Source of the DNA: Eledone cirrhosa
Taxonomy: Eukaryota
NCBI GenBank assembly: GCA_964016885.1
Contig: OZ024741.1
Span: 70,928,001-70,992,000 of the forward strand
Direction: 5' to 3'
Length of the DNA stretch: 64,000 nt
Made by a program: the position numbers and the translations under genes. Under the pieces are notes generated by a model. It did no database searches. It saw only the letters and a program-made list of their open reading frames with translations, and was not told the origin of the DNA. Shown in pieces: positions 45,618 through 56,764 of the stretch (positions within the stretch are counted from its first letter, which is position 1; every line of letters starts with the position of its first letter).

Positions 45618-46529
45618 TTATACTTCTCTTAGGTCAGTGTTGTTTGTTTGGGTGTTGTTGTTATTCCATTCATTCTTTCTGTTTAGCTTTGGTCTTCTAA
45701 TTTCTATTTCACTGGCCTCTCTGATTTGCCTATCTGCTGGGTCATTTCTATGTTTAGATATTATTCTAATTTCTATGTTGTCTATATTACCGTCATGTTG
45801 TTGTCTAGCATGTTCGTATAGTACTGACCCGTTTTTTCGTCCTTTTAGTTCCCCCCAGTGTTGGTCTATCCTTTCACCTATGCTACGAGCTGTCTCACCT
45901 ATGTATGTTGTTGTCATGTTTCTGCAAGTACCCTCTGTACATCTTATGCTATAGACTACGTTTCTAGTTTTACAGTTTATCCGGGGGTTCACCTTACATA
46001 TGATACATTTCCTATTGGTACAGTGGGTTTTCTTAAAAGGGTAGGTTTTGCTGATCAGGGATTTTATGGTGGTTCCTGGCTTTTCTACCACCTTTATTTT
46101 TAAGTGGGTCTTTCTCAGGGCCTTTCTACACTGGTTAGCTAATTTCCCTCCAGGGGTGGCGTCCACAAACATGACAGTCTGGTATCTCTGGTTGTCGTAC
46201 CATGAGGTGGCTTTCCCTATCTTATGTCTAGCCCTATCTAAGCTATTCCATGATTTGCTCCTGTATAATGGGCAAATTCCTTTCATGTCCAGTTCTATGA
46301 GGGTCTTATACTTTTCCATGGCTCCTTCGTATACTCTGACTCTGTCTCTTTGGTTGTAGCCAGAGAACTGCATGCGGTTGATGAAGTGTTGGATGTGTTT
46401 TTCCATTTCTGTTGGGTCGCACATGCGGGACACATTCTTCATCACTCGTACCAAATCTGCGATCAGAATATTAAACTTAGCACTACTGGACATTGCTGAG
46501 TTTTTGAGTATCAGGTATTTGGAGGCCAT
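45618..46529 (-). CDS. PLE RT thumb + GIY-YIG endonuclease (partial)
   Basis: MQFSGY, VDATPGG, CTNRKCIIC, VVYSIRC...YIGETARSIGERIDQH, PKLN. Confidence 0.9.
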   Translation of the reverse strand: MASKYLILKNSAMSSSAKFNILIADLVRVMKNVSRMCDPTEMEKHIQHFINRMQFSGYNQRDRVRVYEGAMEKYKTLIELDMKGICPLYRSKSWNSLDRARHKIGKATSWYDNQRYQTVMFVDATPGGKLANQCRKALRKTHLKIKVVEKPGTTIKSLISKTYPFKKTHCTNRKCIICKVNPRINCKTRNVVYSIRCTEGTCRNMTTTYIGETARSIGERIDQHWGELKGRKNGSVLYEHARQQHDGNIDNIEIRIISKHRNDPADRQIREASEIEIRRPKLNRKNEWNNNNTQTNNTDLREV

Positions 46530-46699
46530 GGGTTTAGCATAGTGTGAGTGGAGAATTTAGGCTCTCTCTTCTATAGTGTTAATCCAGAGTTCTGTGTCTA
46601 ATACAGGTAGTCTATTGTTAGGGTGTTTGGAATATATATATAACCCATGCTAGCATGGAAAAATGGATGTTAAATGGTGATGATGACGATGATATATGA

Positions 46700-47005
46700 A
46701 TGGCTAAGAAGATCACCTTGTAATCGTTAGGTCCAGGATTCAATCCTACTGCTTAGCATTTTGGGAAAGTGTCATTTGGCATAGCTTCATGTTAACCCAT
46801 GCCTTGTGATTCAAACTGGGTAGACAGAAACTATTTGAAATTCAAAGAGCTAGCCTTGTTACTACCTGTGTTATTGAATCTCCCTGAGAATTGTATTAAT
46901 GGTGCAAATATATGTGGAATGCTCAGCCACTTACATGTCAATTTCACGAGCAGCCTTCACCAGTGATTAAACTAGAATACTCAACATCGAAACAGGTGGA
47001 GATCC
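46700..47005 (+). mobile_element. Degenerate tRNA-derived SINE
   Basis: tggctaaga...ggattcaatcc...ttgggaaagtgtc head. Confidence 0.45.
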
Positions 47006-47213
47006 AATGTATATATATATGTATATATATATTATAAATATATATATATATATATATATTAGAAAGTGAGGTTTTTTTTTTTTTTTTTTTTTTTTTACAA
47101 AATGAAAAATAACCGAGGTGTCCTACACGAGTGAAAGTATAAAGAAAAAGAGATGAAATCGAAAATGCAACTGAAGTCTTATTTTTTTTTTAAATATATA
47201 TATTTATTTGGTT

Positions 47214-47251
47214 CCTTTACCGGTTTCGCAGTTCTTCTGCTTTTCAAAAGG
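47214..47251 (-). ncRNA. Hammerhead, U3-A8 variant (mirror copy)
   Basis: Reverse complement of 47329-47366. Confidence 0.75.
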
Positions 47252-47328
47252 TGAGTTGAGATGGAGGGTCTGTGGTTTTTCTCACATCTCAGATGTGAGA
47301 AAAACCACAGACCCTCCATCTCAACTCA

Positions 47329-47366
47329 CCTTTTGAAAAGCAGAAGAACTGCGAAACCGGTAAAGG
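47329..47366 (+). ncRNA. Minimal hammerhead, U3-A8 covariant core
   Basis: cctt-TTGAAAA-gcag aagaa ctgc-GAAAC cg GTA-aagg; palindromic accggt. Confidence 0.75.
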
Positions 47367-47435
47367 AACCAAATAAATATATATATTTAAAAAAAAAATA
47401 AGACTTCAGTTGCATTTTCGATTTCATCTCTTTTT

Positions 47436-47481
<46 letters not shown>

Positions 47482-47648
47482 GTAAGAGTTTAGGTAAGTT
47501 GATAATACAACCACATAAAGACAAAGAAGAATGTGATTTTATGTCCACAGCAAGATACATAAAGAACAGTTCAGAGTTTAATCCAATTGGTATATTTCCA
47601 ATAACAGTAGTGTTGCAATCTCACAGAACATAGCATATATAAATATAC

Positions 47649-47707
<59 letters not shown>

Positions 47708-47708
<1 letters not shown>

Positions 47709-48331
47709 TACTCGAGAGAAGGCTACGTTGGTATGGTCACGTAATGCGCATGAAAGACGACAGCTGTATAAAAAGTGCAGAGCAATAAAGATAGACGGTA
47801 GCCACGGAGTAGGCAGACCCAGAAAAACCTGGGACGACCTGATAAACTCCGACCTCACACACTTACACCTCTCTAAGACAATGTCACTGGACCGAGATCT
47901 TTGGCGGCACTCAGTAATAGAGAAGACACGCCTTACCTAAATACAAAGTGAAACCTACTACAGTCAGTAAGCATCTCTAACAAAATACACCCGCGTCCCA
48001 CCACCCCCACCCCATCCACACCCCCCCTCCTTTCAATGTAAAGTTATGTTGGTGCCACAACATCCAGGCCGAAACAAATGAGATCGTGTAGGTGTCACGA
48101 CAAAAAAACACACAGTCCACGCTGTAATGTGGCCGTGCAGGCAACACGGTAAAAACCTCCCAGTCCCACACTGTAAATGTGGTTGGTGTTAGGAAGGGCA
48201 TCCAGCTGTAGAAAACCCGCCAGACAGTCCTATGCGAGCAAGACAACCACTCTTGCCTCAAGTGGGAAAACTCCCGTCTAAACCCATGCAAGCGTGGAAC
48301 ATGGACGTTAAACGATGATGATGATGATGAT
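47708..48331 (+). mobile_element. RTE LINE subfamily A, 3' fragment
   Basis: [12 protein letters not shown]...KTRLT*, 3' UTR, (GAT)n tail. Confidence 0.9.
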
Positions 48332-48668
48332 AACAGTTAGTTCACCATACTGAGAACATACACACACATACAGTGATCTTTCACATAGTTTCTATCTCTT
48401 AATTTAATTCGCAAGGTATTTATTTGCCAACACAAAGTCAAAGCCAGAAGACACATGCTCAAAGATCTGGTGCATAGTAGTATTGAACTCAGAATCAAGT
48501 GGTTGTGAAGCAAACATCTTTACCACACAGCTACACCAGTATCGAAATCAATGAGAAATCAAAACAAAACAAATGGATCATTAAAATCCTAAAATTAGCA
48601 TGGTTTTTAAAAGATCAAATGTTAAAGATATTTCCTCTTCCTGCTTAGATATTAAAAAAAACTATAAG

Positions 48669-48747
<79 letters not shown>

Positions 48748-49147
48748 GACACACACATTAACAGATAAAATCACACACAGACAGACCCAGACACATTCAC
48801 ACACACATATAAACACACATACAGACATACACACATACTCGCACATATGAAAACACACACAAATATCTTAATAAATAACAAAATACAATACAATAATTAT
48901 TATTTCACTTGTAACCCCAGAGGGAATTATTAAATTTCTCTTTTAGAATAATTGGCAAAAGCTGAAACAAATTGAAGCAGAAAAAGAAAATTAAAAATTT
49001 CCAAAAAAAAAAAAGGAAGTCATCTAATTTAATTAAAACAATCTGTCAACTCTGAATTTTTTTTTCAAAAAAGTTGGCAGTTCCCTTACCTTTGCTCTGC
49101 ACCCAACTCCATGGGATAGGGGTCAATGTATTGTTAATTATTAATAA

Positions 49148-49372
49148 TTGTTTCTACTTTTGGCACAAGGCCAGCAATTACCCAGTACATTACTGGTACT
49201 TTATTTTATCGACCCCATAGGATGAAAGGCAAAGTTAACCTCGGCGGGATTTGAACTCAGACCGTAAAGGGACGTAACTCTGCTGGAAAGCATGGCGTTA
49301 ATAATGGTTTCTAATTTAGGCAAGAGGCCAGCAAATATAGTCGGTTATATGAACCCCAGTATTTGACTAGTG
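49148..49372 (-). mobile_element. SINE (plus adjacent partial copy)
   Basis: actggtactttattttatcgacccc..gatgaaaggcaaagt..cctcggc.ggatttgaactc; near-identical to 52091-52266. Confidence 0.7.
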
Positions 49373-49390
49373 GGTGTGTGTGTGTGTATG

Positions 49391-49436
<46 letters not shown>

Positions 49437-49632
49437 CATACATATATATATAGACATAGACACATATATATACATATATAGACATACATACACATACATA
49501 TATATAGACATACATACATACACACATATATATACATATATATATATAGACATACATACACACACACATATATATATATACATATATATACATACATACA
49601 CACACATATACATATATGTACATATATATATA

Positions 49633-50142
49633 TGATGGCTGCCCCCTCGTTATCGAGTATGGCCATTGCACGATATACCATTATTAATAATTATTAATTA
49701 ATTCTATCGTGCAATGCCTGTGCGTGAAGATATTTTTTAAAGTGAGAAAAGACTGTGCACTGAGCCAATCCCACTCTCTGAGCGACAGTAGCTATAACCC
49801 GAAAAGAAGAAAAGATCAATATCATTGGTAACTACTGAGCTGCAGGTTTTATATCGGAGTTATCCTAGTTTCCTGAGTTGCCTTCTAGAAGAATGTCCTG
49901 ACAAAGGCTAGGGGTCCTTCACTCCCAGTGGTTTAACCGCGCGGTACATGTGTACATACATATTTACACACTTTAGGATGGCCGTTGACTCTTATGAGTT
50001 CTTCCGCCCTTTGTGTCCTTTGTCAGGTTTTGTTTTTTGTCCTGTAGGGTGTCCAAAATCACCCTCCTCACCAAGTAAACTTGGTGGGGTTGCCGGTTTA
50101 GTCGCCGACGACCCGACCATGCGACAGTTTGTACTGGGTTAC
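49633..50142 (-). mobile_element. Bipartite non-autonomous RTE-derived element
   Basis: High similarity to 1-420; 3' end shared with 55108-55142; (TA)n flanks. Confidence 0.6.
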
Positions 50143-50196
50143 ATACATACACACATATATATATATATATATGTATGTCTATATATATATATATAT

Positions 50197-50530
50197 GGAG
50201 ACACATGGCTTAGTGGTTAGAGCATTGGCCTTGCAATCGAAAGGTTGTTAGTTCAATTCTCAGACTGGGTGATGTGTTGTTTCCTTGAGCAAGACACTTT
50301 ATTTCACATTGCTCCAGAAATGAGATGATAGGGACTGGGGTCCATATCATTCCACTGTAAAGTGGACGTGGAGGTGCCACGGCAAAAAAGCACCCAGCAC
50401 TCACTGTAAATGAGGTTAGTGTTAGGAAGGGCATCCAGCTGTAGAAATCAAACCAGAATCAGTTCCCGTCCCACCCTTGCAAGCAGGGAAAAGCAGACGT
50501 AAAATGAAATGATGATGATGATGAATGATG
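50197..50530 (+). mobile_element. tRNA-derived SINE head joined to RTE B/C-type 3' tail
   Basis: tggcttagtgg (A box), gttcaattc (B box), tccttgagcaagacac, then RTE UTR and (GAT)n. Confidence 0.7.
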
Positions 50531-50552
50531 ATATATATATATAGACATACAT

Positions 50553-50593
<41 letters not shown>

Positions 50594-50813
50594 TTCATAA
50601 ACACACATATATATATATACATCTATAAACATACATATATATATAGCTATACATATATATATAGATATACATACACACACATATATATATATATACACAT
50701 ATATATACATATATAAACATACATTATATATATATATAAACATACATATATATATATATAAACATACATATATATATACATCTATAAACATACATATATA
50801 TATAGATATACAT

Positions 50814-50849
<36 letters not shown>

Positions 50850-51080
50850 ACATACATATATATATACATCTATAAACATACATATATATATAGCTATACA
50901 TATATATATAGATATACATACACACACATATATATATATATACACATATATATACATATATAAACATACATTATATATATATATATATATATAAACATAC
51001 ATATATATATATATATAAACATACATATATATATATATATACATACATATATATATATATATATATACATATATATATAC

Positions 51081-51137
<57 letters not shown>

Positions 51138-51158
51138 TACATATATATATATATATAC

Positions 51159-51269
<111 letters not shown>

Positions 51270-51340
51270 CATACATATATATATATATATTGAAAGAGTG
51301 AAGAATAACATGGTCAACAGTACAAAAAAGGGTTTTATTT

Positions 51341-51455
51341 ACAGTATTAACAATTGTTTCACTGATTAAGTTGTCTAAAAATTGCTGAACACTTGAAGCC
51401 GTGCCACTCAATTTTAAATACGTTGTTAGCTTAACCAGGTCATCAGAAGGACTGT
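51341..51455 (-). ncRNA. Type I hammerhead with long stem II insertion
   Basis: acagtcctt-CTGATGA-c ctggttaag[~58 nt]cttaatcag t-GAAAC aatt GTT-aatactgt. Confidence 0.7.
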
Positions 51456-52090
51456 TAAAAATATGCTCAGCGTTTACGAATTCAAATTACAACATCATTA
51501 ATAAAGAAAGAGATAGAAAAAAGAAAGATAGAGAAAAAAGAGAGAAAGAAGAGAGAAAAAAGAAAAAGATATAGAGAAAAAAGACAGAGAAAAAAGAAAG
51601 AAGAGAAAAGGATGAAAAAAAAGATAAAAGAAAAAGAAAAAGGAAAAGAAAAACAGAAAAAACAACAAAGACAACAACATTAAATGAATAAATGCTAATA
51701 AACAAGTTACAAAGAGGATGATAAAAATCAGTACAAAATATGATAAAAAATAAATAAAAAAATGTTATGTGTGTGAAGAAAAGTAAACAGTATGATTATT
51801 GAGAGTAGTTGTGGTGTTGGTGGTTAAAAAAATAATATAGAGATATGATGGTATAAACATGAAAATATTAAATATATTCATGTATGTATTAGTTACATTA
51901 ATAAATTAATTAAATAATTAATTAATTAATTGTAAGTTATATTGGAAGTGAAAATAATATGATAAGATATAATGAAATAAATTTAGAGAAAGAAATAGAA
52001 AGATAGAAAATGAAAGAGAGAAAATATAAAATATAAAAGGTTATGATGTTGGTTCATTGACAGTTGATCACAATAATAATAATAATGATA

Positions 52091-52266
52091 ATTGTTTCTA
52101 CTTTAGGCACAAGGCCAGCAATTACCCAGTGCATTACTGGTACTTTATTTTATCGACCCCGTAAAGATGAAAGGCAAAGTCAACCTCGGCAGGATTTGAA
52201 CTCAGATCGTAAAGAGACGTAACTATGCTGGAAAGCATGGCGTCTGACCCTCTACCAATACTGCCA
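52091..52266 (-). mobile_element. SINE
   Basis: Same family as 49148-49300. Confidence 0.7.
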
Positions 52267-52661
52267 ATAATACCATTATAATTAATACCAATAATAATAA
52301 TAATGATAGTAATAGGTTATTATAATAGATTCAGGTGGTACAATTTGAATTATGGAATAGATGGGATGAATTAAGTTGGTCTAAAATTATCGAATTTGCT
52401 CGCTGTTTTATGTCTACAGAAAATTAGCATTTTGTTATATTTTTAAAAAAGTAGCATTTTGTTATATTTTAAAATATGGAATAATTCCATATTGCAAAGT
52501 CTACAATGGGACATGCCAATTCTATAAGGCCATTGCCGTTGACAACTTCACCCAGCTAATTCTGTATTCCTGGTTTGTATCTTTGAGCTACCAGATTTTA
52601 TTGGCGAGCGTCATTGTGTTCATAAGTTTACAATTATTTATAGAGTGTCTGTGGACATACC

Positions 52662-52773
52662 ACAGTCCTTCTGATGATCTGGTTAAGCTAACAACGTATT
52701 TAAAATTAAGTGGCACAGCTTCGAGTGTTCAACAATTTTTAGACAACTTAATCAGTGAAACAATTGTTAATAC
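52662..52773 (+). ncRNA. Type I hammerhead with long stem II insertion (diverged mirror copy)
   Basis: CTGATGA t ctggttaag...cttaatcag t GAAAC aatt GTT. Confidence 0.65.
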
Positions 52774-52999
52774 CTCATAAAAAAAAACTTTTTTTGTACT
52801 GTTGACCATGTTATTCTTCATTCTTTCAATATTATTACTCCAAGATAAACTGACGTAGGAATTGAAGAGAGGTTATCAACTCGCCACCTACAGAAACCCC
52901 GTTGAGTCAAACAACGCCGTACGCTAAAACTATCCACAATACGGAGTATTCACAACCTTTAACTGGATTACCTATAACAATATTTTGTTATCCCTCATA

Positions 53000-53252
53000 T
53001 ATATATATATATACATACACACACATATATATATATGCATATATAAACATACATACATATATATATATAAACATACATACATAGATATATATATATATAA
53101 ACATACATATATATATATATAAACATACATATATATATATATAAACATACATATATATATATATATAAACTTACATACATATATATATAAACATACATAT
53201 ATATATATATAAACATACATACATATATATATAAACATACATATATATATAT

Positions 53253-53295
<43 letters not shown>

Positions 53296-53322
53296 AACAT
53301 ACATACATAGATATATATATAT

Positions 53323-53399
<77 letters not shown>

Positions 53400-53470
53400 C
53401 ATACATAGATATATATATAGATATATAAACATACATACATATATATATATAAACATACATACATATATAT

Positions 53471-53561
<91 letters not shown>

Positions 53562-53582
53562 AACATACATACATATATATAT
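53000..53582. repeat. Higher-order TA-derived minisatellite (aaacatacatac(at)n units)
   Basis: About 20 units of 20-35 bp. Confidence 0.85.
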
Positions 53583-53589
53583 ATTATAT

Positions 53590-54076
53590 TATACTTTGAG
53601 AATAAACTCTCAGTCGTTTACAATAATTAAGCTCCAGGAAGGGGCTCTTCCGAGCAGTTAAATACATTTAAAATATATGATAAACACGAAATGTGTTTAT
53701 ATTGCAACAGACAAAGTTAGCTATTAATGAAATAAACTAATTGTGTAGTCAGACCTGCAAAATTTTTGATGTGAGATAGTCTAATTTTACTGGATTCCTG
53801 TTGATAAGCACAGAAGATTTGGATATTTCACTCTTTTATTTCTATTCCATTTCGATTCTCTTTATTTTTCAATTCACATTCCACCGTTGCGAAACTTATT
53901 TGGGTTTCGAGGTTCAAATTCGTCTACGGAACAGGTTTGAATTTTGAAATTTAAATATGTCCAGGAATCATGGCCGTTGCCAATATAAGCTTGTCTTTAT
54001 TGACTTATATCGAGACAGACAAATTGTATTCACTTTAATTAGTTTATTTCATTAATAGCTAACTTTGTCTGTTACA
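53590..54076. mobile_element. Fold-back + tail element, no canonical HHR found
   Basis: Inverted repeat 53704-53742/54037-54076; tail 53590-53703; TA flanks. Confidence 0.55.
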
Positions 54077-54125
54077 TATATATATATATATATATAAACA
54101 TAGATACATATATATATATATATAT

Positions 54126-54181
<56 letters not shown>

Positions 54182-54185
<4 letters not shown>

Positions 54186-54343
54186 TTAATATAGATGAGA
54201 TTCTACAGGACTAGAACTGTTTCATTCTTTAGAAATCATCAGTTCTAGTCCTGTAGAATCTCATCTATATTAAAACTTTTATACTCTGCAATGTATTGAG
54301 TACCTTACTTACTGTGGTTACCTCCGATTCAACCCGGAATAAC

Positions 54344-54344
<1 letters not shown>
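54182..54344. mobile_element. 163-bp fold-back + tail element (family of 7168-7790)
   Basis: Arms 54182-54219/54240-54277; tail 54278-54344; HHR core on minus lacks the 5' strand of stem I. Confidence 0.85.
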
Positions 54345-54433
<89 letters not shown>

Positions 54434-54437
54434 ATAC

Positions 54438-54468
<31 letters not shown>

Positions 54469-54873
54469 CCACACCGCCTCCCTCAATGCAAAGTTATGTT
54501 GGTGCCACAACATCCAGGCCGAAACAAATGAGATCGTGTAGGTGTCACGACAAAAAAGACACAGTCCACGCTGTAAATGTGGCCGTGTAGGCAACACGGT
54601 AAAAACCTCCCAGTCCCACACTGTAAATGTGGTTGGTGTTAGGAAGGGCATCCAGCTGTAGAAAACACGCCAGACAGTCCACGCTGTAATGTGGCCGTGT
54701 AGGCAACACAGTAAAAACCTACCAGTCCCACACTGTAAATGTGGTTGGTGTTAGGATGGGCATCCAGCTGTAGAAAACACGCCAGACAGTCCACGCTGTA
54801 ATGTGGCCGTGTAGGCAACACGGTAAAAACCTACCAGCGCCACACTGTAAATGTGGTTGGTGTTAGGGATGGC
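54469..54873 (+). mobile_element. RTE A 3'-UTR fragment with ~2.8 tandem 112-bp units
   Basis: Units start at 54562, 54675 and 54787. Confidence 0.85.
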
Positions 54874-55000
<127 letters not shown>

Positions 55001-55075
55001 CATACATATATATATATATATATATACATACATATATACATACATATATATATACATACATACATATATATATAC

Positions 55076-55107
<32 letters not shown>

Positions 55108-55727
55108 GGTGGTGGCTGCCAACTCGTTTTCGAGTACGGCCACTACTTTATATCCATGTAGGAGAACCCCTACCGATGCGCTGAACAAGTGTGACTTTTT
55201 AGTCCAGCCAGCGACTTGAAACCTCTGGTACAAACACTACACTTGTGACAATTACTGACACATAGTGCTGGGCCCATGGTACCATGTGACGACAAGTGCA
55301 GAGAGATTTCCAGATATAAAGCAATGCTTGTGCCGTGAAGCTTTTATAGTGAGCAAAGACACTGCACAAAGCCAGTCCCACTCTCTTAACCAAGATGATA
55401 TTTACCAAAAAGAAGAACAAGTCAACATCATTGGATACCATCAGGGTTGCAGGTGTTATATCAGAGTTTTCTTTCTCCTAGAATTCTGCCTTGACAAAGG
55501 CTAAGGGGTCATCTCTCCAAGTGATTTTGGATGGCCATTGACTCTTAAGAGCTCCTTTGCCCTTTGACAGGTTTTGTTTTTAGTCCTGCAGGATGTCCAA
55601 AGTCACCCTCCTCACCAAGAAACCTTGGTGGGTTTGCCAGTTTAGTCGCCAACGACCCGACCATGAGACAGGTTGTACTGGGATACATGTTACCAGTAGC
55701 ACCAACTGGTGACCAACTGGTGACCCG
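55108..55727 (-). mobile_element. Bipartite RTE-derived element (5' UTR + ORF C-terminus/3' end)
   Basis: 55250-55170 translates [26 protein letters not shown] (C2H2 finger); remainder homologous to 1-450. Confidence 0.65.
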
Positions 55728-55895
55728 ACATATATATATACATATATATATACATACATATATATATATATATACATATATATATACATATATATATATA
55801 TATACATATATATATACATATATATATATATATACATACATATATATATATATACATACATATATATATATACATACATATATATATATACATAC

Positions 55896-56052
<157 letters not shown>

Positions 56053-56113
56053 CATACATATATAAAATAAAGTTAAATAAAAGTCAAATGATTAAAATTT
56101 AGCTTCGTTTATT

Positions 56114-56168
56114 ACTGCTATATATATTTCAGTGACAGCCATCTTTGGCTGTGACCTCTTCAGGCAGT
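56114..56168 (-). ncRNA. Type I hammerhead
   Basis: actgc-CTGAAGA-ggtcacagcc aaagat ggctgtcact-GAAA tatata TA-gcagt. Confidence 0.8.
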
Positions 56169-56348
56169 TTTAATTAGTATGGTATAGACAAGTACATATG
56201 TTGTTTAGGTGTATAATATTGTCAATACTCTGATATGCCCAGTTCCTTGTTGGGTTGTTAATTCACTGAGGAACTGGAGCATATCAGAGTATTGACAATA
56301 TTATACACCTAAACAACATATGTACTTGTCTACACCGTACTAATTCAA

Positions 56349-56403
56349 ACTACCTGAAGAGGTCACAGCCAAAGATGGCTGTCACTGAAATATATATAGC
56401 AGT
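56349..56403 (+). ncRNA. Type I hammerhead (mirror copy, one stem I mismatch)
   Basis: actac-CTGAAGA-...-GAAA tatata TA-gcagt. Confidence 0.75.
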
Positions 56404-56648
56404 AATAAACGAAGCTAAATTTTAATCATTTGACTTTTATTTAACTTTATTTTACACTACTCCGGAGTAACCAAACCAAACTGCGCACTTCGTCGAGTGC
56501 TCCAGCCTGCATACTGAGGTGTTGGTATACACCCAACATAAACTCAAAATCTACATACATATATATATAGATACATACATATATATATAGATACATATAT
56601 ATATATATAGATACATACATATATATATACATATATATATATACATAC

Positions 56649-56764
<116 letters not shown>

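Larger units (their letters stand above)
45143..46632 (-). mobile_element. PLE family P2 (sister of P1), 5'-truncated
   Basis: Homologous ORF; pLTR ends atgaccctccccaagtataacaata-(TA)n. Confidence 0.9.
47061..47442. mobile_element. 305-bp fold-back (no mismatch seen) + 77-nt tail HHR element
   Basis: Palindrome 47138-47442 centred on 47290; tail 47061-47137; (TA)n on both sides. Confidence 0.85.
51290..52997. mobile_element. Fold-back + tail HHR element with ~1.2-kb spacer
   Basis: Arms 51290-51455/52662-52831; tail 52832-52997; (TA)n on both sides. Confidence 0.7.
56063..56553. mobile_element. Fold-back + ~97-nt tail HHR element
   Basis: Arms 56063-56247/56269-56454; tail 56455-56551; (TA)n on both sides. 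Confidence 0.85.

Noticed and set aside
42411-46529. Homing endonuclease or UvrC genes
   Set aside because: The GIY-YIG domains are fused to PLE RT thumb motifs and followed by pLTRs
47138-47442. Class II MITE with terminal inverted repeats
   Set aside because: One-sided tail and HHR match the PLE-type architecture; no transposase-type termini
49084-49112. Minus-strand first coding exon ATGGAGTTGGGTGCAGAGCAAAG|gtaagg
   Set aside because: Too short, and its phase 2 does not match the phase 1 acceptor at 37974; could be chance
50197-50270. tRNA gene
   Set aside because: Cloverleaf is incomplete and it continues into a SINE body and RTE tail
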